The position numbers and the translations under genes are program-made. From a virus, in UHGV virus genome UHGV-0124463: 44,748 nt of DNA; one strand, 5' to 3'. The notes under the pieces are model-generated. The model saw nothing but the letters and a program-made list of their open reading frames with translations, made no database searches and was not told where the DNA came from. Positions 28,230-35,510 of the stretch are shown piece after piece. Positions within the stretch are counted from its first letter, which is position 1. Every line of letters starts with the position of its first letter.

Positions 28230-28686
28230 GTGTATTAATCATCCCGGAGGTATGTTCCCTTCTGGGTACGGTGCTAAATGGTGGCTAGGAGCCACCAGAA
28301 AGGCCCACCGGGTGGCGTATTGCCAGGCGCACGGTCTGCTGCCGGAGGATATAGAGGGTATCATAATCCGACACAAGTGCGACAATAGGGCATGCGTAAA
28401 CCCAGACCACCTGGAGCCGGGAAGCCATGCCGACAATATGCGGGACATGGTTGAGCGAGGACGCTCGGCGATGGGCGTTCGTAACAGCAAGGCCAAACTA
28501 ACGCCTGAGCAAGTAGCCGAAATACGCCGAACGTTTGTACCCCAATCCACGGAGTACGGCTCAGTGGCTCTAGGCCGGTTGTATGGGGTGAGTAACAGCA
28601 CAATCAACCGCATAGTGCGTGGACTCTATTGGGTAGCAGAGGCTGAGATGGGTACGAGTATGTACAGTAAGGAGAAGGTAGAATGA
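28207..28686 (+). CDS. HNH homing endonuclease (paralog 3 of 3), ending in a polymerase-tail-like peptide
   Basis: Motif IIIRHKCDNRACVNPDHLEPGSHADNMRD; last 16 aa AEAEMGTSMYSKEKVE mirror the polymerase C-terminus AECEMGVSMYAKEKIE. Confidence 0.7.
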   Translation: MPKRKLSECINHPGGMFPSGYGAKWWLGATRKAHRVAYCQAHGLLPEDIEGIIIRHKCDNRACVNPDHLEPGSHADNMRDMVERGRSAMGVRNSKAKLTPEQVAEIRRTFVPQSTEYGSVALGRLYGVSNSTINRIVRGLYWVAEAEMGTSMYSKEKVE

Positions 28687-28904
28687 GTATAAAGTCTGGC
28701 AGTGTTGTGGAGTTGATGGACCTGGGGCCTGAGCCGATAGACCCGCGGTATGCAGCATACTTCACCCCGGGTACGAGGCACACGGTTATGTTCTTCGACC
28801 CGGTTACTGGGGAGATAGAACTAAGTTATCCTGGACTAGTAGTAAGTAGACCGGGGGATGGTGTTACCTTCTTCCCGGGGGAGTACAAGCTTATCGTGGA
28901 ATAG
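28683..28904 (+). CDS. hypothetical protein
   Basis: 73-aa ORF with strong RBS AAGGAGAAGG. Confidence 0.4.
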   Translation: MSIKSGSVVELMDLGPEPIDPRYAAYFTPGTRHTVMFFDPVTGEIELSYPGLVVSRPGDGVTFFPGEYKLIVE

Positions 28905-28961
28905 TGATAGGTGGACCCTTGGGTGGTGTAGGGGGTTAGGGTAGCATGGAAATACACTAGG

Positions 28962-28996
28962 GTCAACTAAATAATTAAATAAAATTATTTGTTGAC
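28962..28996. promoter_or_regulatory. AT-rich imperfect palindrome (GTCAAC-T-AAATAATT-aaataa-AATTATTT-GTTGAC); candidate operator or origin element
   Basis: Inverted repeat read directly; lies in a ~160-bp non-coding AT-rich gap. Confidence 0.35.
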
Positions 28997-29065
28997 TCTG
29001 GCTTGATTCTGTGATTCCCAGCAAATTAATGTGATACGAGTAGGAACAACACAAGAGAGGCAACC

Positions 29066-30109
29066 TTGGCCAAAGTAAGTCTAATAAAACTATTCACCAA
29101 AGAGCAGCACCAGGCAATCCTGGGCCAGTACTTGGATAACTCGACGGCTGCTAAAGCATATAACGTACTACTGGCTTACGGGGAGATACCGCAGTACAAG
29201 GAGAGTGCAGAATACTATGGCACCCTTGGTACCGCAGAGTGCGTGGTGTCTCGCCAGCTTGTACGCTACTGGCGCAGCATCTTCATGGATAACAAGGGCA
29301 GCAAGGCCAGCGCCAACCGCGGGCTGCAGGAAGCGCGCAAGCTAATCCAACCGAGCCCGACGGACGACATCGGGAATACACTGGTGCCGGATATGTGTCA
29401 CCGCATCCTGGTGGTTGGGGACTTGCACGCCCCATATACCCATGTAGACGCTATGCCGTTCCTTGAGAGTGTACGTGACGCCTACTGCCCGGACATGGTG
29501 GTGCAGGTAGGTGACGAAACCGACGGACACGCAATCAGCTTCCATGACTCTGACCCGAACCTAGATAGCGCCGGGGTGGAGCTGGAGAAAGCCAAGCTCG
29601 TACTGGAGGAGCTGCATGAACTATTCCCGAACCTACTGGTTTGCGATTCCAATCACGGCAGTCTGGTTTACCGCAGGGCGAAAGCTCACGGGCTACCAGT
29701 GCAATTCATCAAGAAGTACCGAGATATACTTTTCCCTGAGCATGGTGCCCCGGCGTGGTCTTGGGCTGACGCATGGGTACTCAATACCCCACTTGGCCAG
29801 GTTAGATTCCAGCATCAAGTGTCGGGCGATTTCATGCTCAATGCCAGCCACGAAAGAACCAGCCTTGTACTTGGCCACGAACATGGCCGCTTTGAGGTGC
29901 AATATGCAGCTAGCTCAACAGCTCTGTACTTTGGTGCGTACGCTGGGTGTCTGATTGACCGCAAGAGCATGGCCTTTGCTTACGGCAGGCTCACTCGCAA
30001 GAAACCAATCCTGGGTGTGATGGTAATCACCGAGGGTTGCCCGCAGTTAATTCCAATGCTGCTTGATGATTCCGGAAGGTGGTGTGCAAGAGATAAAACC
30101 AAAGACTGA
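29066..30109 (+). CDS. calcineurin-like metallophosphoesterase (phosphatase or Mre11/SbcD-like nuclease fold)
   Basis: Motifs VVGDLHAPY, VQVGDETDGH, CDSNHGS, LGHEHG in canonical order; TTG start after RBS AGAGAGG. Confidence 0.55.
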   Translation: MAKVSLIKLFTKEQHQAILGQYLDNSTAAKAYNVLLAYGEIPQYKESAEYYGTLGTAECVVSRQLVRYWRSIFMDNKGSKASANRGLQEARKLIQPSPTDDIGNTLVPDMCHRILVVGDLHAPYTHVDAMPFLESVRDAYCPDMVVQVGDETDGHAISFHDSDPNLDSAGVELEKAKLVLEELHELFPNLLVCDSNHGSLVYRRAKAHGLPVQFIKKYRDILFPEHGAPAWSWADAWVLNTPLGQVRFQHQVSGDFMLNASHERTSLVLGHEHGRFEVQYAASSTALYFGAYAGCLIDRKSMAFAYGRLTRKKPILGVMVITEGCPQLIPMLLDDSGRWCARDKTKD

Positions 30110-30131
30110 TACAGGAAAGAGATTCCGCGGT

Positions 30132-30635
30132 ATGGTTGTTTATACCTGGGACTGCCCTTACTGTGGCGAGGAGTTTGAGGCGATACGCACTAAGCTATTC
30201 AATACCAGTAAGCGCGGCGGCCTTGGTCACTGCGGATGTCAAACTAAACTCAGGCAAAGTGAGAAGAATACTGGACGAACTCCGCCTAATAAGCTGGACG
30301 ACTTAACAGTATCGGCGAATAAGGTATGGGCCTTTAGCACTAAGTTAGGTAGGAGTATTACTAAGGAAGACGCCAAGGCCTTAGTAAGCGCAGATTGTTA
30401 TTACTGCGGCGCGCCACCCAGTACCTACCGGGAACTCGGCAGTGGGAGATGGGCGCGTAAATCCACGGTACCCACTAACGGGATAGACCGGAAGGATTCA
30501 CGCATTGGGTACCATTTAGACAACTGTGTGCCATGCTGCCCTACCTGCAACTATATGAAGTCTGACATGCACCACGATGACTTCGTAGGACTGTGCAAAC
30601 GCATAGCCCTGCATCTGCACGTAAATATCATTTAA
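30132..30635 (+). CDS. zinc-ribbon protein with HNH-like nuclease motif
   Basis: CPYCGEEF...HCGC and NGIDRKDSRIGYHLDNCVPCCPTCNYMKSD; track ORF starts at 30063 and overlaps upstream gene, ATG 30132 has RBS AGGAAAGAG. Confidence 0.5.
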   Translation: MVVYTWDCPYCGEEFEAIRTKLFNTSKRGGLGHCGCQTKLRQSEKNTGRTPPNKLDDLTVSANKVWAFSTKLGRSITKEDAKALVSADCYYCGAPPSTYRELGSGRWARKSTVPTNGIDRKDSRIGYHLDNCVPCCPTCNYMKSDMHHDDFVGLCKRIALHLHVNII

Positions 30636-30656
30636 ACTAAACGAGGACGTAATTAT

Positions 30657-31490
30657 ATGACTACGAATGTATTGGCATCCCTGAACGCTCTGGTAGACGC
30701 AGCAATCGAAACCCAAGATGTAGATATGCGGGAAACCGCACAGGGCGGTGCGTATGAGGACGTGCTGCTGCCGAAGGGTGAGTACTACGGCTACTTCACC
30801 GAGTACGTGGAAATCGGTAAGCGCCTGCCAACTAAGGGCGGTAAGCCTACCGGTAAGCCTGCGGTGGCTAACGTACGAATCGGCATTGTAGTGTTCGGCC
30901 CTAACGGTGAGGTGAAGCGTATTCGCCCGTTCCCGATGGCTATCAGTAACTTTGAGCGCGCAGGTTTCAAGAAGTTCTTCGACAAGCTCAACTACGATAA
31001 CAGCATTAAGCATGCGGCACAGCGTCTGGGCCAGGCCTTCACCTTCCCGATTGATGAACACACCAGCGCCGCGGGCAAGAAGTCCAACATCGTGGACCTG
31101 TCCGGTATCCGCCCGATTCCTAAGTTCGACCCGAACACCGGCGAGCCTATCAAAATGCCTGCCCTGGACGCCTCCGAGATTAAGCTGTTCCTGTGGAACA
31201 ACCCAACCAAAGAGACCTGGGATAGCCTGCACATCGAAGGCACCTTCGACGACGGTAAGAGCAAGAACTGGATTCAGGAGGATATGTACAAGGCCGTAGA
31301 CTTCCCGGGCAGTGCTCTGGACATTCTGCTGAACGCTGGCTCGGTCCCGAGTCCGGCGGCTATGCAGGCACCAGCGGCACCGGCTGCTCCTGCGACCCCA
31401 GCTGCTCCGGTAGCCCCGGCTGCACCAGCAGCCCCTGTGGCTCCTGTGGCTCCTGTGGCGCCAACAGCACCTGCTGCACCACAAGCCTAA
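30657..31490 (+). CDS. hypothetical protein with Pro/Ala-rich low-complexity C-terminus (possible ssDNA-binding protein by position)
   Basis: 277 aa; C-terminal ~45 aa of PAAPA/PVAPA repeats. Confidence 0.45.
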   Translation: MTTNVLASLNALVDAAIETQDVDMRETAQGGAYEDVLLPKGEYYGYFTEYVEIGKRLPTKGGKPTGKPAVANVRIGIVVFGPNGEVKRIRPFPMAISNFERAGFKKFFDKLNYDNSIKHAAQRLGQAFTFPIDEHTSAAGKKSNIVDLSGIRPIPKFDPNTGEPIKMPALDASEIKLFLWNNPTKETWDSLHIEGTFDDGKSKNWIQEDMYKAVDFPGSALDILLNAGSVPSPAAMQAPAAPAAPATPAAPVAPAAPAAPVAPVAPVAPTAPAAPQA

Positions 31491-31781
31491 TTGGACATTG
31501 TTGGAGGGAACATGAAAGCTGTACGCTTGACTGTGAGTCTGTATGACATTGATGAACACGCTCAGAAATTTATGAGTCGGTTGGGGGTAGAGTACGGTTT
31601 GGCAGTCCCACAGAGTATTGCTGACTGTTGGCAATTTTATATGTGCGACTATGACCCGAATACGCTGCCGGGTTTCGTGGATGTAAGAAACGATATAGAC
31701 CCTATGCGGTTGGTGGGTTATGGTTTGAGTCAGGGGAATGCCATAAATATTGTCAAGTGGATGGAAGAAAATAATTTATAG
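31491..31781 (+). CDS. hypothetical protein
   Basis: 96-aa ORF; start may be the internal ATG after GGAGGGA. Confidence 0.35.
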   Translation: MDIVGGNMKAVRLTVSLYDIDEHAQKFMSRLGVEYGLAVPQSIADCWQFYMCDYDPNTLPGFVDVRNDIDPMRLVGYGLSQGNAINIVKWMEENNL

Positions 31782-31865
31782 GCAACTGCGTAAACCTCGT
31801 GCCACAAGCCTAATCAACCCTAACATAAACTAATACGGCCCCTCAGAGGGCCTTAGAGGAAGCTT

Positions 31866-32144
31866 ATGAACATCATCACATGGGTCAAAGAACAGTACGC
31901 TGTGTTTCTGCTTCTGCGTGCACAGCGTTTGCAGAAGCGAGCGAATGACTGGCACTGGGCGGCTAACTCTCACGCACACAGGGTGAGCCTCATGGGCAAC
32001 GAGATTAGTGCACACCGCTATCACCTGACTCGCCAGTGCGCCAAGTCCCGCCGCCGTGCATACGCCCTGGGCGCAGAGGCTACGGCCACTGAGACCAAAG
32101 CCCACAATTTCATTTCAAAACACAAACTGAAAGGATTTGACTAA
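31866..32144 (+). CDS. hypothetical protein
   Basis: 92-aa basic ORF with RBS AGAGGAAG. Confidence 0.4.
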   Translation: MNIITWVKEQYAVFLLLRAQRLQKRANDWHWAANSHAHRVSLMGNEISAHRYHLTRQCAKSRRRAYALGAEATATETKAHNFISKHKLKGFD

Positions 32145-32515
32145 TGGACAAAGTACTAGACGTATACAAGAAACTGGTTCTGGCTGTAGGTTACGTGAAC
32201 TGTAGCGCCGTTCAAGGTTTCGACAATGGTGACCAGCTCGGCGCTGTGTACGATGCTCTGGACAAGCTGGCGGCCCTGTACGGCATGGACCTGGAGTTGG
32301 CCGCTACCGCCTTCAAGGAGCACAACGACCTGGCGGCACATGCCGATAAGCTACGTGGCGACGACCTCGTGCTTATCCGTGTAGTGGGTACGCTAAGCAT
32401 CGGGCTGGCGGAGATTGGTTCCTGCATCTACGACGTAGACCAGAGCCTGCGTACTCCGGAAGTAATCGGGGACATGCTCGGCACCGTGCTGGTGCTATCT
32501 GAGCTGGAGGCTTGA
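32144..32515 (+). CDS. hypothetical protein
   Basis: 123-aa acidic ORF, ATGA-type overlap with neighbours. Confidence 0.45.
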   Translation: MDKVLDVYKKLVLAVGYVNCSAVQGFDNGDQLGAVYDALDKLAALYGMDLELAATAFKEHNDLAAHADKLRGDDLVLIRVVGTLSIGLAEIGSCIYDVDQSLRTPEVIGDMLGTVLVLSELEA

Positions 32516-32715
32516 GCATGGGCGTACGTGTAGAGGTGCACGCACCTAGGCACAGCTTTATGGCACCTTATGCTGAGCATGCCTGCAACCGCTGGTACGT
32601 AACCTTTATCCGGGAGGACGACCCTTGCACCATGTACGTGGTGCGCTGGGCCGCTAAACCTACCCGTAAGCAGGTGAAATCAGCTACTAAATCAGTAGCT
32701 AGACTGGAGATTTAA
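32512..32715 (+). CDS. hypothetical protein
   Basis: 67-aa ORF. Confidence 0.35.
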   Translation: MSMGVRVEVHAPRHSFMAPYAEHACNRWYVTFIREDDPCTMYVVRWAAKPTRKQVKSATKSVARLEI

Positions 32716-32717
32716 TA

Positions 32718-32879
32718 ATGCGAAATACCCTTGCCAGAGTATTTTATTTTATGCTAGTGGCCCCTCTAGTACCGGTAGCCATCTTGTGCTGGGTGTTTGA
32801 GAAGGTAGAGAACAGCAAGGCGCTGACCGCCTGGGAATCCTGGGCGCGTAAGTTGACCAAGAAGGTTACGGGGGTCTGA
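32718..32879 (+). CDS. small membrane protein candidate (53 aa)
   Basis: Hydrophobic helix FYFMLVAPLVPVAILCWVF; stop overlaps next ATG; below the ORF-track length cutoff. Confidence 0.3.
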   Translation: MRNTLARVFYFMLVAPLVPVAILCWVFEKVENSKALTAWESWARKLTKKVTGV

Positions 32880-33847
32880 TGATTATCAACGGGGTTGACT
32901 TGTCCCAGCTCGGGGAGCAGTTAGCTCCGCAGAACTCTGGGAAGATTCTGTTGTACGATGCGGATTTCACAGTTTATAAATCTGCCGCTACAGTGAAACG
33001 TTTGGATACCGCGATACGCCGCTTCTATCAGCTGGTGCTTGAGGACATGTTCCTGGTCGGCTGCTCAGAAGCAGTGGCGTATCTTACACCGACTGGGTGC
33101 GCTAAGTGCCTGCGCTGGCACTTGCCCACCGCTAAGCCCTACCAGGGGCAGCGGGCTAATCGGCAGGAGCTTCCGCTGAAAGCGCCTTTGAAGCGGCACC
33201 TGATTGAGAACCCGGACCAGTATTCTGAGCAGGGGATACAGGTGGTTAGCAGCAACTTCTTCGAGGCGGACGACATGTTCATCATGGACTCATACGCCTT
33301 CGGGGACCGTGGCATCCTAATGTCCCAGGATAAAGATTCCTGGCTCAGCCCTATGGCTCGGTTCGATATCCCGACCGGAACCGTGTGGCCTGCCTTGGAT
33401 AACCCCTTCGGCTGGATTAAGTGGGATGATACCCAGGCTATGCCGGTACGAGCGCACGGCTTAAAGTTCTTCTGGTGGCAGATGCTAGCAGGGGATGACG
33501 CAGACAACGTCAAAGGCATCACATTGCTTGATGGGAAGCTCTGTGGGAAGAGAACGGCCTTTGATGCTATCAACCCTATTACCTCAGAGCAGGACGCCGC
33601 AGAATTCGTTGTGGCGGCTTACGCTCGAAACAACCAAGATGTACTCGCAGAGGCAGAATGCCTGTTCCTGCGGCGCTCCCCGTCAGATTCAGCGTACCTG
33701 TATCTGATGTCACTGTTGACTACTCCCAGTCTACGTGACTGGGTGCATTCGCTGCACGAGTACCATAAACAGCACATACAGTGGATACAGGAGCACCCAG
33801 ACAATGGCGAAGATGACTGCAAAGGAAATGAGCCTGCGGGCGATTGA
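32879..33847 (+). CDS. 5'-3' exonuclease (T7 gp6-like, FEN family)
   Basis: N-terminal GKILLYDADFTVYKSAA resembles T7 gp6 GILVMDGDWLVFQAMSAA; acidic clusters; 322 aa. Confidence 0.6.
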   Translation: MIINGVDLSQLGEQLAPQNSGKILLYDADFTVYKSAATVKRLDTAIRRFYQLVLEDMFLVGCSEAVAYLTPTGCAKCLRWHLPTAKPYQGQRANRQELPLKAPLKRHLIENPDQYSEQGIQVVSSNFFEADDMFIMDSYAFGDRGILMSQDKDSWLSPMARFDIPTGTVWPALDNPFGWIKWDDTQAMPVRAHGLKFFWWQMLAGDDADNVKGITLLDGKLCGKRTAFDAINPITSEQDAAEFVVAAYARNNQDVLAEAECLFLRRSPSDSAYLYLMSLLTTPSLRDWVHSLHEYHKQHIQWIQEHPDNGEDDCKGNEPAGD

Positions 33848-34004
33848 GTTATACTACGAGGGGAAACACGATGAACTTGAAACTATTCTGGATGCGCTGC
33901 GTGAACGAGCACCCAAAACACATCGAAGAACGGTTGAGCATTTGGATTCTCTCATTCACGACAATGCTATGCTGGATGTAGTAGGGGAGATTCAGGTATG
34001 GTAG
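33804..34004 (+). CDS. hypothetical small protein
   Basis: Track ORF 33735..34004; trimmed to ATG 33804 because the upstream part overlaps the exonuclease gene; start uncertain. Confidence 0.3.
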   Translation: MAKMTAKEMSLRAIELYYEGKHDELETILDALRERAPKTHRRTVEHLDSLIHDNAMLDVVGEIQVW

Positions 34005-34420
34005 CGCGCCGTATAACACGGGGACAGGTCAGGGCCGTAACATTGAAACTGCTAAAAGAGCAGGATGGGTTGTGCTTAATCTGCGGTAAGCCCATAGAGT
34101 TAACGGCTAAAAGCACTTCCGGGGACGGTCCGGCACTTGACCATTCACACCGTACTGGGCGCATTCGCGGGGTGCTGCACCGCTCATGTAACGGGGGTAT
34201 TGGCCGAGCAGAGTCTGTGATAGGTCGGTGGGTTACAGGGTCCATGCAGGATGAGGTTGCTATTGTAGATGACATGCAGCGAATGGTAGACTATCTGCGC
34301 AAGCCTGAGACTGACTTGATTTATTATACACACAAATCCCCAGAAGAATTGGCGCAGGCACAGAAGCTCAAGGCCCGCAAAGCCAGAGCACGACGCAAAG
34401 CACGGGAGACTATTAAATGA
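33998..34420 (+). CDS. endonuclease VII-like Holliday junction resolvase
   Basis: CLICGKP...LDHSHRTGRIRGVLHRSCNGGIG matches the T4 endonuclease VII zinc/His-Cys motif pattern. Confidence 0.65.
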   Translation: MVARRITRGQVRAVTLKLLKEQDGLCLICGKPIELTAKSTSGDGPALDHSHRTGRIRGVLHRSCNGGIGRAESVIGRWVTGSMQDEVAIVDDMQRMVDYLRKPETDLIYYTHKSPEELAQAQKLKARKARARRKARETIK

Positions 34421-34875
34421 GTAAGTTCAAAGTTGGTGATGTAGTGGTACGTAAGCCCGAGTACCGCAATGAGAACTGGCGCAATCGGTTTAAAGAGCTT
34501 CCAGAAGGTGCCCCGCACGTGGTGGCTGCTGTCCGTTATAATGATATTATTGAGTTGGATCATTTACCTTGTGGTTGGGACTCAGACTTATTTGATTTGG
34601 TAAGTGCCCCCGGCATACCGGAAGAGCTGCCCGCACCGAAAGCGTCCGACGCAGTGAACTCCCCTAAGCACTACCAGTTCTTCCCGGACCTGGAGGCAAT
34701 CGAGGTGATTGCACGCAGTATGACCAAGGAACAATTCTATGGCTATTGTCTCGGGAACAGATTAAAATATAGGCTGCGCGCTGGGAACAAGGATAAGCTG
34801 GAGCAGGACATTGCTAAGTCTGATAAATACTTGGAGTTGTATGAGCAGCACAATGGAAAATGTATTGACGCCTAG
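34417..34875 (+). CDS. hypothetical protein
   Basis: 152-aa ORF, ATGA-type overlap with upstream gene. Confidence 0.45.
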   Translation: MSKFKVGDVVVRKPEYRNENWRNRFKELPEGAPHVVAAVRYNDIIELDHLPCGWDSDLFDLVSAPGIPEELPAPKASDAVNSPKHYQFFPDLEAIEVIARSMTKEQFYGYCLGNRLKYRLRAGNKDKLEQDIAKSDKYLELYEQHNGKCIDA

Positions 34876-35006
34876 CGCGTGGTGTCACGGGATGTGGCAG
34901 AAAGCAGTAGAGCGGGGCGATGCTACCGCCGCTAAAGACTACCTGGAGATGTACAATCTCTGGGTTAGCAGGAGCCTATAAGGACATAACCGAGGAGATT
35001 ACATTG

Positions 35007-35504
35007 ATGCCAAGTAAGCAGTCTCTATCAGAAGCTTTTAAGTATGACCCTTTAACTGGAACGTTAACTCGACGTGTAAAAAGAGGCAGTTCTAAACTAG
35101 ATGCTGCTAGAGAGCTTACTAATTCAGGATACCTTCGGACATGGTTCAAAGGGAAGCGATACTTTACACATCGATTAGTATACATCATGCATTGCGGAGA
35201 AATCCCAGATGGCATGGAAGTGGACCACATTAACCAGCTTCGTACTGATAATCGAATAGAGAATTTACGGTTGGCGAGCAGGGCGGATAACAGCAGAAAC
35301 CGCACTCGACACAGTAATAATATTAGCGGAACTACTGGGGTACATTGGTCTAAAGATAAAGGGAAGTGGCGCGCCGGGATTAGGGTTAACGGCGAGTATA
35401 AAAGCCTCGGATGCTTCACCGACTTAGAGGACGCAGTAGCTGCTCGTAAGGCGGCAGAAAATACATACGGATTCCACGAGAACCACGGTAGCGCAAAGAG
35501 ATAA
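35007..35504 (+). CDS. HNH homing endonuclease with AP2-like domain (paralog of 15434..15895)
   Basis: EVDHINQLRTDNRIENLRLASRADN plus GVHWSKDKGKWRAGIRVNGEY; ATG 35007 after GAGGAG (track ORF starts 34920). Confidence 0.7.
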   Translation: MPSKQSLSEAFKYDPLTGTLTRRVKRGSSKLDAARELTNSGYLRTWFKGKRYFTHRLVYIMHCGEIPDGMEVDHINQLRTDNRIENLRLASRADNSRNRTRHSNNISGTTGVHWSKDKGKWRAGIRVNGEYKSLGCFTDLEDAVAARKAAENTYGFHENHGSAKR

Positions 35505-35510
35505 GGGGCC

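Noticed and set aside
30516-31634. 372-aa minus-strand ORF
   Set aside because: Antisense to the protein-like + strand ORF 30657..31490; translation is Arg/Ser/Cys/His/Trp-rich, typical of a shadow frame in GC-rich coding DNA
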